The notes: generated by a model not told the origin, from the letters alone. 64,000 bases of DNA from Planctomycetota bacterium (GCA_965223505.1 CBDCWP010000040.1:160001-224000), one strand, 5' to 3'; shown: positions 24,594 to 32,690, counted from the stretch's first letter. Translations and numbers: made by a program.

Positions 24594-24637
24594 TTTCTCT
24601 ATAGTCGCCCGCCGCCGCAACGCGCCAGGAGCCGCAG

Positions 24638-25708
24638 GTGACCACAGCGCACGCCGAAGGAAGCACCCGCCGCCTGCTCCAGCTCTGCGTGGGCTACTAC
24701 GTCTTCTATGTGATCACCGGCGTCGCGGTGAAGTACTTCCTGAAGACCGATCCCGACTTCCCGGGAATGAGCGGCATCGAGTTCCTGGTGAACAGCACGA
24801 TCGCCGCGAACGTCTCCGTGCTGATCGTCATCGTCGCGCTGGGCTGGATCAAGCTGCGCTCGAACCGGCTCGTGCAGGTCGGTCCGCTGCGTGTTCCGTC
24901 CGAGCTGGCCTACATCATTCCGTCGGGCGTGTGCACAGGGATCATCATCCCGACGACGACGCTGATGTACACGCTGCCGATCTCCGTGATGGTCGCGATG
25001 GTCATCATGCGCGGCAGCGTGATCGTCATCAGCCGCGTCGTGGACGCAATTCAGATCTGCCAGGGGATCCTGAAGAAGCGCGTCTACGCGGAAGAGAACA
25101 TCGCGGTGCTGTTCGCGCTGGGGGCGGTCGCGACGAACGTGTTCGGCAGCGGCGGCAACGCCTTCGATTTCGCGAGCAACACGGCGGCGCTGGCGATCTT
25201 GATCTCGTACGTCACGGCGTACGCCTTCCGCATCTACATCATGAACTACTACAAGAACACCCGCGGGAAGGACGTTCCCCACGACAGCAAGGGCTTCTTC
25301 GCCCTCGAGCAGCTCGCGGCCTCGGGCACGCTGCTGCTGATGGGCGTGATCGTGTTCAACGCGCGCTCGTGGTTCGGATGGGACGACTTCCGGCTGGACC
25401 AGTTCGACGGCGCGATCCGTGACCTGAACGGCTTTGCGCTGCTGGCCGGGGTGCCGTTCGGCATCGTCGCGTTCTTCTCGGTGTTCATCTTCCTGTTCAA
25501 GGGACGTACGGCGACGTTCGCCGGCCTGGTGAACCGGCTGACGTCGCTGCTCGCGGGTGTCACCGCGACGCTCGTGTTCGCGGTCGTGCATGGCGGCAGG
25601 TACCCGACGCTCAAGCACTGGGCCTCGGTCGCCCTGATCGTCGTCGCCGTGTACTTCCTGACGCGCGCGGAGAAACGCCGCGCCGCGGAGCTCGCCGCGC
25701 AGGCGTAG
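24638..25708 (+). CDS. Integral membrane protein (~10 TM, DMT-like)
   Basis: Alternating hydrophobic helices along the whole ORF. Confidence 0.75.
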   Translation: MTTAHAEGSTRRLLQLCVGYYVFYVITGVAVKYFLKTDPDFPGMSGIEFLVNSTIAANVSVLIVIVALGWIKLRSNRLVQVGPLRVPSELAYIIPSGVCTGIIIPTTTLMYTLPISVMVAMVIMRGSVIVISRVVDAIQICQGILKKRVYAEENIAVLFALGAVATNVFGSGGNAFDFASNTAALAILISYVTAYAFRIYIMNYYKNTRGKDVPHDSKGFFALEQLAASGTLLLMGVIVFNARSWFGWDDFRLDQFDGAIRDLNGFALLAGVPFGIVAFFSVFIFLFKGRTATFAGLVNRLTSLLAGVTATLVFAVVHGGRYPTLKHWASVALIVVAVYFLTRAEKRRAAELAAQA

Positions 25709-25711
25709 GCG

Positions 25712-26143
25712 TCAGACCGTCGCCAGCTCGAGCAGCCCGTGACCGCCGTCGCGCAGCTTGCCCTGCTTGATCAGGAAGTCCCACACCTCGGGCGGATACT
25801 GCTCCGGCGGCTTCACGCCGAGAATGCGCGAGCTCTCCCCCTTGCTGAGCGGGTTGCGACTCGCGGACGACTCGTCGTCGAGACGCACCAGCTTGAGACG
25901 CTTGCGGTACGCCTTGAGCGCGCGCTTGAGCACCGCCTTGTCCCACTCGCTGAGCGGCATCGTGCCGGCCTCCCAGCCTTCGACGACCGCACGCACGTCG
26001 GCCAGGCTGCGTTCGAGGACCGGCAGCGCGACGTCGGCATCCTCCTCGGCGCCGGCGGACTCGAGTAGCTGTTCCGCTTCGAGCCACAGCGCATCGGCGT
26101 CGGCGTCCGCGGCGGCGGCGATGGCATCGACCAGTCCGTTCAT
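25712..26143 (-). CDS. Hypothetical protein
   Basis: 3' part of the 655-aa ORF from MNGLVD; protein-like KRALKAYRKRLKLVRLDDES...PPEQYPPEVW. Confidence 0.7.
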   Translation of the reverse strand: MNGLVDAIAAAADADADALWLEAEQLLESAGAEEDADVALPVLERSLADVRAVVEGWEAGTMPLSEWDKAVLKRALKAYRKRLKLVRLDDESSASRNPLSKGESSRILGVKPPEQYPPEVWDFLIKQGKLRDGGHGLLELATV

Positions 26144-26272
26144 TCGATGCAGCAGAAGCCAGTTCTCGACGGGTGCCACACCGTGAAGATACCCGGCCGG
26201 CGCGCGACGCGCGGGCGCGACAGCAAACGCCGCGGAATCTAGAATGCGCGGCGCTCTCTGGAGGGTGCCGCC

Positions 26273-27607
26273 GTGTCGAGACTCGAAACGCTCTTGCGCC
26301 AACAGCTGGGCGGTACCCGCTTGCGCCATCTCAGCAGCCGTGTCGGGGAGGATGAGCAGGCTGTCGGGTCGGCCGCGCAGTCCGCGATTCCGCTGCTGAT
26401 CGCCGCGCTCGCGCGCAACACCCAGCGGCGCGGCGGCGCGCAGTCCCTGTACGGCGCGCTCGAGCGCGACCACGACGGTAGCGTCGTCGACGCGTTCGGG
26501 GACGGCGGCGCGGACCTCGCCGGCATGGGCGACGCGATCCTCGGGCACATCCTCGGCGGCCGGCGGCGCGACGTCGAGCGGCACGTGAGCAAACAGAGCG
26601 GTCTGGGAGGCGACGCCACCGGACGTCTGATGGCGAACCTGGCGCCCTTGATCATGGGCGCGCTCGGCCGGCAGCAGCGCGAGCGACGGATGAGCCCGCG
26701 GGGCCTCACGAACTACCTGCGCCGCGAGCGGCGCGGCATCGAGCGCGGCAACCCGGGCGCGCAACAGCTGATGAACGGGTTCTTCGGCCGCAACAGGGGT
26801 GGCGGAAAGGCCAAGCTGGTCGTCGCGCTGGTGATCGCCGGCATCTCGGTGTTCGGGTACCTCAAGTCGTGCGACGTGAACCCGACGACCGGTGAGACGC
26901 AGTTCGTCGCGCTCACGACCGAGCAAGAGATCGCGCTCGGCGTCCAGTCGGCGCCGCAGATGAAAGACCGCCACGGCGGCCTCTATCACGACGCGCGCGA
27001 CCGCGAGCGGTTCAGCCGCATCGGACAGCGCATCGTTCGCAGTACGGACGCCGGCAAGACGCCGTACCAGTACGAGTTCCACTTGCTGGCCGATCCCGAG
27101 GTCGTGAACGCCTTCGCGCTTCCGGGCGGTCAGATCTTCATGACGTACGCGCTCTACAGCCGCCTCGACACGGACGGCAAGATCGCGGGCGTGCTCGGGC
27201 ACGAGATCGGGCACGTGGTCGCGCGGCACAGCGCGCAGCACATCGCGAAGGCCAAGCTGGCCCAGGGGCTGCAGGGCGCGGCCGTTCTGGCGACGTACGA
27301 CCCGGACAAGCCGTCGACCACGAAGACCGCGGCGGTCGCCGCGATCATCTCGAAACTCGTGACGATGAAGTTCGGCCGCGACGACGAGCTCGAGTCCGAC
27401 AAGCTGGGCGTCAAGTACATGGCCGAGGCCGGCTACGACCCGCGCTCGATGATCAGCGTGATGGAGGTGCTCGCCGAGGCCGGCGGAGGGGGCCGGCAGC
27501 CCGAGTTCTTCAGCACCCACCCCAACCCCGAAAACCGCATCGAGAAGATCAAGGCGGCCATCGACGCGGTCTTCCCCAAAGGGGTGCCGGAAGGCCTGAC
27601 GCGCTAG
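26273..27607 (+). CDS. DUF937-like domain fused to an M48 zinc metallopeptidase
   Basis: N-terminal ALERDHDGS..GDAILGHILG; central TM helix; NAFALPGG, HEIGH, ELESD, FFSTHP. Confidence 0.88.
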   Translation: MSRLETLLRQQLGGTRLRHLSSRVGEDEQAVGSAAQSAIPLLIAALARNTQRRGGAQSLYGALERDHDGSVVDAFGDGGADLAGMGDAILGHILGGRRRDVERHVSKQSGLGGDATGRLMANLAPLIMGALGRQQRERRMSPRGLTNYLRRERRGIERGNPGAQQLMNGFFGRNRGGGKAKLVVALVIAGISVFGYLKSCDVNPTTGETQFVALTTEQEIALGVQSAPQMKDRHGGLYHDARDRERFSRIGQRIVRSTDAGKTPYQYEFHLLADPEVVNAFALPGGQIFMTYALYSRLDTDGKIAGVLGHEIGHVVARHSAQHIAKAKLAQGLQGAAVLATYDPDKPSTTKTAAVAAIISKLVTMKFGRDDELESDKLGVKYMAEAGYDPRSMISVMEVLAEAGGGGRQPEFFSTHPNPENRIEKIKAAIDAVFPKGVPEGLTR

Positions 27608-27653
27608 GCCTTGCGTGATACCGTCGTACGGGATACGAGGCGCGGAGGCGTGC

Positions 27654-28247
27654 ATGAAGCCCGAACAAGACGAGCCCACGGTGAGCAGCAGCCCATGTGA
27701 GACGAGCGGGTACGGCCTGTACCCGGACGTTCATCCCGTCGTCGAGCAGTTCGCGCGCGACATCGCGCAGATCATCGAGAGCAACGAGCCCGAGGACGTG
27801 CCCGCGCAGGTCTCCGAGAAGCTCGAGGCGGTCCTCGCGACCGACGATCTGCTGGCCGAATGCCATCGAGAGACCGGCGACGAGACGTACCGCCGGCACA
27901 TCCTCTACGCCGATCCCGATCGTCGCTTCACGATCCTGGCGCTGGTCTGGAAGCCGGGCCAGCGAACGACGGTCCACGGTCACACTGCGTGGGGCTCCGT
28001 CGGCGTCTACGAGGGCCGGCCGAACGTGACCTGCTACGACTGCACGGAAGACGAGGACGGCGCCGTCACGCCGCACGAGACCCAGGACATCTGCTGCGAG
28101 CCGAAACAGACGACGCACGTCCAGCCCGGGCTCTGCGGCACGCATCGCATCTACAACGACACCGACGACGTGGTCATCACCATCCACACGTACGGAAGGG
28201 ACCTCGTCCAAGACCCCGAGTCGATCAACATGGTCTTGTCCAACTAG
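27654..28247 (+). CDS. Cysteine dioxygenase-family cupin
   Basis: LVWKPGQRTTVHGH..W, THRIYN, TIHTYG. Confidence 0.85.
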   Translation: MKPEQDEPTVSSSPCETSGYGLYPDVHPVVEQFARDIAQIIESNEPEDVPAQVSEKLEAVLATDDLLAECHRETGDETYRRHILYADPDRRFTILALVWKPGQRTTVHGHTAWGSVGVYEGRPNVTCYDCTEDEDGAVTPHETQDICCEPKQTTHVQPGLCGTHRIYNDTDDVVITIHTYGRDLVQDPESINMVLSN

Positions 28248-28314
28248 CGATCGACTGGAGCAGATGCTCAAGAACGCGTAGTCCGCTTGCTACCGTCTGC
28301 GGCGGAGGTACGCC

Positions 28315-28743
28315 GTGGAAGAGCAGCACGACGATCCGGCCGCGCAGCGGCCCGAGAGCAAGGCGGGTTGGCGGGAGAAGCTCGAGAGCGCGAAGGAGTG
28401 GTTCGGCAGCCTGAAGGACAGGCTTCCGAACGTGGACCCGCGTGTGGTCGAGGCGCTACGGCTGAAGCTGGCGACGACGTTGCTGGCCCCGGTGCGCGAG
28501 AAGGTGCGGTTCCACACGTCCGACATTCGAAAGAAGCTGCTCTGGATCTTCGGTGCGGTCGCGGTCGCGTTGGTGGCGACCGGCTACTTCACGAAGATGG
28601 AGGTCTTTTACTGGTCGGCCTATTCGTTCGTGCTGAGCCTGGTGATCCTGCTGGTGGTCGTATCGATGGTGCAGACGCGCGTCCTGAAGGTGATCGAGGA
28701 CGTGCACGACCGCGTCGTAGGCAGCCACCCGGCGGAGGGTTAG
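28315..28743 (+). CDS. Hypothetical membrane protein (2 TM)
   Basis: GGAGG RBS before GTG; two C-terminal hydrophobic helices. Confidence 0.65.
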   Translation: MEEQHDDPAAQRPESKAGWREKLESAKEWFGSLKDRLPNVDPRVVEALRLKLATTLLAPVREKVRFHTSDIRKKLLWIFGAVAVALVATGYFTKMEVFYWSAYSFVLSLVILLVVVSMVQTRVLKVIEDVHDRVVGSHPAEG

Positions 28744-29007
28744 CTACAGCACCGTGCTCGAGACTTCCGTCGTCTGGGGCGGATCGCTGCTGTCCAGGAC
28801 GCGGATCTTGACTTGGGTGCCGGAGGGCGTGTGCGGCGGCACCATGACGTGCGCCGTGTTCGTGCCCGGCGTGATGGTCACGCCCGGCGGGTTGTCCGGC
28901 GGCGGCGGCGCCACGAACTGGTACGGCGGCGTGCCGCCGTCCGCGGTCACGGTGAACCCGGCGTGCGGGTCAAACGGATTCGGGTTGGCTTGCGCGGTGA
29001 GCGGCAT
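28744..29007 (-). CDS. Small Pro-rich Ig-like protein
   Basis: GGGAGA RBS; ADGGTPPYQF and IRVLDSS Ig-like motifs. Confidence 0.65.
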   Translation of the reverse strand: MPLTAQANPNPFDPHAGFTVTADGGTPPYQFVAPPPPDNPPGVTITPGTNTAHVMVPPHTPSGTQVKIRVLDSSDPPQTTEVSSTVL

Positions 29008-29056
29008 GGCGTTCTCCCCTGGGTGCTCTAGGAATCTAGAGTCGGTGGGTCGAACG

Positions 29057-30490
29057 CTAGTCTTCACCCTCGAGCGATCTGATCAGCTCGTCCGCGGCGG
29101 CCCTGAGCTTCTCCGGAAGGGCGTCCCGCAACCGGCGCAGGTTCGGAAGCAGCGCCTTGTCGTCGAGCTCACGCGCCAATTCGAGCAGTTCCGTGAGTCG
29201 GCGCTCGTCGTCGGACTCGATGTCCCATCCGACCAAACGTCCGAACAGGATCTGGCGCTTCGTGCCCGACGCCGACTTGGCGGCATCGACGAGAGTGAAG
29301 CGACACTCGGTCCAGTTGCCTTCGACGGCCATCTTGGCCGCGGCGCCGACCAGCGTAGTGTCCGACGAGTCGAGCGCCGCACGCCAGCGTTTGCGCGCCT
29401 CGCTCTCGTCGCCGCCACGCAGCATGTGCAGCGCATAGAGCAGGGAACGAGCGTCGTCCAGCGTGTCGTTCGCGAGCCGCTCGCGAGCGAACGCGACGGT
29501 CTCCTCGGAGGGCTCGACCGAGACGATCAAGACGCGCTCGACCTCGGCGGAGACGCCCGCCTCGATGGCGTCCATCGCAAACTCTGCGAAGTCCTCGGGC
29601 GGGAGCTGGCTCTTGAGGCAACCAAGTGCCGATTGCTTGACGTTGGCCGCGGCGTCGCCGGTCACGATCTTCGCGACGGCATCCCTGTGCTCGAAGTCCG
29701 GCGCGTAGCCTAGGCCCTTCAGAGCCGAGAATCGAATCGTGTCATCGGCGTCGTTGATGTACGGCGCGAACACCGCAGCGCAGACCGACCCCTCATGGGC
29801 CGCCGCCTGCATCGAAAGCCCGCCCAGCACCTTCTGCAGCGTCGCGACGCGGCGCTTCTCCCGCGCCTCGAACAACACGCGCGCGACGTCGCCGTCGGAC
29901 GCCGTCTCGATGACCGAGTCGATGTCCTCGTCCCACCCCTGGGCCAGCAGGCGCTCGGCGACCGTGGTCTCCACCGGGATTCCGCTGTACGTCAGACACT
30001 CGAAGGCGGTCTTGCGAACGAGCGTGGACGGATGCTCGAGCGCTTGCTCGAACTCGCTCCGAAGCGCCGGGTCGTTCTTCAGCCGCTCGTAGTCCGGCTT
30101 CGAGGCGCCGAACTCACCGAACACGAGCTCGTTGAGGTACGCGGCGTACTCCACCGAGCTTCGAACGGCGCCGGTCTCCGGCGTCGGCTTGAAGTACGCG
30201 AACAGCGCGAACGCGACGACGAGCACAGCGGCCGCCGCATAGGCGAAGCCACGCCGGCGCATCGCAACCCGTCGCTGCGCGCGCCCGAAGATGGCCTCCG
30301 CGCGCGCTTCCGAGATCGGCTCCACGACGGAGGCCGCGCCGCGACGCATGTCCTGGATGGACCGCCGTGCGGACTCGCAGTGCGCACAATCCGAGAGGTG
30401 CGCGAGGCTCTTCGCGTCGAGCTCCGCTTCGTCGATCAGACGGCGGAACACGATGTCGCATTGCTGGGACACGTCATGCGTCATCGCCAT
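29057..30490 (-). CDS. Anti-sigma factor (ZAS-like HxxxCxxC, TM helix, HEAT repeats)
   Basis: AHLSDCAHC; TM AAAAVLVVAFALFAYF; overlaps the ECF gene. Confidence 0.8.
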   Translation of the reverse strand: MAMTHDVSQQCDIVFRRLIDEAELDAKSLAHLSDCAHCESARRSIQDMRRGAASVVEPISEARAEAIFGRAQRRVAMRRRGFAYAAAAVLVVAFALFAYFKPTPETGAVRSSVEYAAYLNELVFGEFGASKPDYERLKNDPALRSEFEQALEHPSTLVRKTAFECLTYSGIPVETTVAERLLAQGWDEDIDSVIETASDGDVARVLFEAREKRRVATLQKVLGGLSMQAAAHEGSVCAAVFAPYINDADDTIRFSALKGLGYAPDFEHRDAVAKIVTGDAAANVKQSALGCLKSQLPPEDFAEFAMDAIEAGVSAEVERVLIVSVEPSEETVAFARERLANDTLDDARSLLYALHMLRGGDESEARKRWRAALDSSDTTLVGAAAKMAVEGNWTECRFTLVDAAKSASGTKRQILFGRLVGWDIESDDERRLTELLELARELDDKALLPNLRRLRDALPEKLRAAADELIRSLEGED

Positions 30491-31130
30491 CCCCTTTCCG
30501 CATGTCGCGCAGTCGGCGAAGGCCCCGGCTCAATCGCTGATACACGGCGGCCGCGGAGACCGAGTGCAGCTTGGCGATCTCCGCGGGCGATACGCCGTAG
30601 GCGAAGTGCAGAACGACGGTCTGTCGTTCCGCGTCGGGCAGCTTCTCCACACCCTTCCAGGCGTTCGGCGCCTCGGCGGGCGAAGTCCACGCGCCTTTGC
30701 CATGTTGCGTCTCGCCGAGCAGCTCCGGACGGCGCTTGCGAAACTGATCGCGGCCGACGTTCTTGCAGATCACGACGAGCCACGGTGTGACGGCTCGGGC
30801 CGCGTCCAGCTTCCTGTGAGCACGGAACGCCCGGAACCAGGTCTCGCCGACCACCTCGTCGATCTGCGCACCGCGCGCCCCGGCCGCGAGCGTGATGTAC
30901 TCGAGCAAGGGTTGCAGGCATCGGACGAGCAAGGTCCAAGCTGGTGGTTCTCCTTTACGCAGGCGGTGCCGAAACGCGGGGGTTTCGATTTGGCTGCAAT
31001 CGGACCTACCTCCGCCACCCGTTGGGGCAGCGGAATCGGTCAGCGGTTGCCCGGCGTTTCCTTCGCTTCCTTCGCGCTTTCCCAGCGCATCTCCGTCGGA
31101 AGTACGATTCTGGCCCCCGGGCTCTGACAT
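30474..31130 (-). CDS. ECF RNA polymerase sigma factor
   Basis: WLVVICKN..RD.FRKR (region 2); LPDAERQTV..SPAEIA..VYQRLSRG (region 4); start uncertain. Confidence 0.85.
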   Translation of the reverse strand: MSEPGGQNRTSDGDALGKREGSEGNAGQPLTDSAAPTGGGGRSDCSQIETPAFRHRLRKGEPPAWTLLVRCLQPLLEYITLAAGARGAQIDEVVGETWFRAFRAHRKLDAARAVTPWLVVICKNVGRDQFRKRRPELLGETQHGKGAWTSPAEAPNAWKGVEKLPDAERQTVVLHFAYGVSPAEIAKLHSVSAAAVYQRLSRGLRRLRDMRKGDGDDA

Positions 31131-31173
31131 GGATTGTGAGACTAATGTGCGGCGGGCTGCAGAGCCCTAGTTT

Positions 31174-31248
31174 TGGCTGCTCCGAGAGGGTTCGAACCCC
31201 CACCCGCCGGTTCAGAGCCGGCGATGCTACCGGTTACACCACAGAGCA
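31174..31248 (-). tRNA. tRNA-Gln(CTG)
   Basis: Cloverleaf; GCCGG-CTCTGAA-CCGGC; encoded CCA. Confidence 0.9.
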
Positions 31249-31256
31249 GCGGCGGC

Positions 31257-31331
31257 TGGTGCTCCGAGAGGGAGTTGCACCCCCATCGCGGGATTCGTAG
31301 TCCCGAATGCTGTCTGTTACACCATCGGAGC
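31257..31331 (-). tRNA. tRNA-Arg(ACG)
   Basis: CGGGA-CTACGAA-TCCCG; T-loop TGCAACT; CCA. Confidence 0.85.
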
Positions 31332-31335
31332 TTGT

Positions 31336-31413
31336 TGGGGTGAGCGACGGGACTCGCACCCGCTTGCCCCGGCGTCACGGGCCGGGTCCTCGACGACTTC
31401 GGAATCGCTCACC
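31336..31413 (-). tRNA. tRNA-His(GTG), atypical
   Basis: G-1:C73 pair; CCGGC-CCGTGAC-GCCGG; T-loop TGCGAGT; CCA. Confidence 0.8.
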
Positions 31414-31420
31414 AGGAAAC

Positions 31421-31497
31421 TGGTAATCCCGGCAGGAGTCGAACCTGCAACTTCCGGTTTCTGAAACCGGCGCCTCTGCCAGTTGGGCTACGGGATC
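31421..31497 (-). tRNA. tRNA-Leu(CAG) with short variable loop
   Basis: CCGGT-TTCAGAA-ACCGG; 5-nt variable region; CCA. Confidence 0.85.
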
Positions 31498-31506
31498 TCG
31501 AGAAAA

Positions 31507-31576
31507 TGGGGCCCACGGGAAGACTCGAACTTCCGTCCGCTCTTTACGAGAGAGCATCTGCGCCTTGCGCGCGGGC
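31507..31576 (-). tRNA. tRNA-Thr(CGT) with truncated D-arm (possibly pseudo)
   Basis: GCTCT-CTCGTAA-AGAGC; T-arm GGAAG-TTCGAGT-CTTCC; only 70 nt; CCA. Confidence 0.65.
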
Positions 31577-31584
31577 TCGTTGAA

Positions 31585-31660
31585 TGGCTGGCGCGGTCGG
31601 ATTCGAACCAACATGGTCCCGGTCAACAGCCGGGCGCCTTACCAGATCGGCCACACGCCA
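31585..31660 (-). tRNA. tRNA-Asn(GTT)
   Basis: CCCGG-CTGTTGA-CCGGG; U1:A72; CCA. Confidence 0.88.
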
Positions 31661-31661
31661 T

Positions 31662-31735
31662 TGGTACCGGGCCACGGAGTCGAACCGCGTAGGTCGGGGT
31701 CATGAGCCCCGCCGGAGACCGTCTCCACGCCCGGG
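31662..31735 (-). tRNA. tRNA-Met(CAT), initiator-like
   Basis: C1xU72 mismatch; CGGGG-CTCATGA-CCCCG with consecutive G:C pairs; unusual D-arm; CCA. Confidence 0.78.
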
Positions 31736-31736
31736 T

Positions 31737-31813
31737 TGGTGTCTCGAGGAGGCCACGATCCTCCATCTCACGGGGTAAGAACCCGGCGCTCTGCCCACTT
31801 GAGCTATCGAGAC
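31737..31813 (-). tRNA. tRNA-Lys(CTT)
   Basis: CGGG-TTCTTAC-CCCG; normal D-arm; T-loop ATCGTGG; CCA. Confidence 0.8.
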
Positions 31814-31821
31814 GTGTTGTT

Positions 31822-31898
31822 TGGCGCGAACGACGAGACTTGCACTCGCTTCCTTCGGCTCGACAGGCCGACGTCTCGTCTCCTTCGACTTCGTTCGC
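31822..31898 (-). tRNA. tRNA-Asp(GTC), atypical
   Basis: TCGGC-CTGTCGA-GCCGA; G73; T-loop TGCAAGT; CCA. Confidence 0.8.
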
Positions 31899-31900
31899 AT

Positions 31901-31977
31901 TGGTACGGACGACGAGACTCGCACTCGCTTACTCCGGGTTGAGGGCCCGGCGCCTCGGCTTCTTCGGCTTCGTCCGC
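31901..31977 (-). tRNA. tRNA-Glu(CTC), atypical
   Basis: CCGGG-CCCTCAA-CCCGG; T-loop TGCGAGT; CCA. Confidence 0.8.
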
Positions 31978-31987
31978 AAAGGTTCGC

Positions 31988-32062
31988 TGGTCAGGGTGGG
32001 AGGACTCGAACCTCCGTCTGCCTGCCTCCGAAGCAGGCTGTCTGCCGCTGACGTACACCCTG
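31988..32062 (-). tRNA. tRNA-Pro(CGG)
   Basis: C1:G72, A73; CCTGC-TTCGGAG-GCAGG; CCA. Confidence 0.88.
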
Positions 32063-32074
32063 AAAGTTGATTGT

Positions 32075-32149
32075 TGGACCACTCGGTGGGATTCGAACCC
32101 ACGCCTCCACGATGGCACCGTGGTGTGCTGCCGCTGACACCACGAGTGG
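32075..32149 (-). tRNA. tRNA-Gly(GCC)
   Basis: CCACG-GTGCCAT-CGTGG; U73; CCA. Confidence 0.86.
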
Positions 32150-32150
32150 T

Positions 32151-32224
32151 TGGTTCCGCGAGACGGAGTCGAACCGTCGTCCACCGGATTTCACCCGGTC
32201 GCTCTGCCGTTGAGCTATCGCGAC
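32151..32224 (-). tRNA. tRNA-Phe(GAA)
   Basis: ACCGG-GTGAAAT-CCGGT; 1:72 mismatch; CCA. Confidence 0.85.
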
Positions 32225-32226
32225 GT

Positions 32227-32297
32227 TGGCACGCGCCCACGGAGTCGAACCGCGCCTCCGGGGGTTGGAGCCCCGTGCGCCCCAAGGCGTAGCGCGT
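32227..32297 (-). tRNA. tRNA-Trp(CCA) with minimal D-loop
   Basis: CGGGG-CTCCAAC-CCCCG; G73; 71 nt; CCA. Confidence 0.78.
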
Positions 32298-32411
32298 GCG
32301 TGTCTAGTGTCTGACTTGGAGATACCAAAGAGCGGAGCGCTCGAAGGCACGGCGGTCTTCGGTCGCGAAATGGGGATCGGACGAGACGATTGGCGACGCC
32401 AAATCGAGTCC

Positions 32412-32518
32412 GAAGGGGGCGTCCCCCTCTTCAAAGAGACGGGACGCGTCTAGGCGAACAGATTGAGATTCGCGAGACCGCGCGGTTCACCGAACCGACG
32501 TGCGCAGCCTCGCCACAT
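32412..32518 (-). promoter_or_regulatory. Candidate leader peptide and alternative hairpins upstream of the tRNA array
   Basis: GAGGG-N4-ATG, 22-aa ORF (32518-32450) followed by overlapping hairpins at 32446-32412. Confidence 0.35.
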
Positions 32519-32690
32519 ACCGCCCTCGAGGACGATCGCGGGCTCCGGCAAATGGCGGCGCAGACAGATCACGAGAGCTACGACGCGCGCCACGTCCGAC
32601 GGGTTCCGTCGAACCGAACCCAAAAAGCGGTTCGCCCTCCGGATCACCGTACCGCTACCATGTCGCGCCGCACCGCTGCGAGGTCGCGTC

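Noticed and set aside
25712..27679. 655-aa minus-strand ORF
   Set aside because: Mostly antisense to the M48 gene; only the 3' 143 codons look coding
31421..31497. tRNA-Sec or opal suppressor (TTCAGAA loop contains TCA)
   Set aside because: The 5-bp stem and 7-nt loop place CAG at 34-36; no long variable arm or extended acceptor stem
31142..32453. Many short ORFs over the tRNA array
   Set aside because: Spurious translations of tRNA genes
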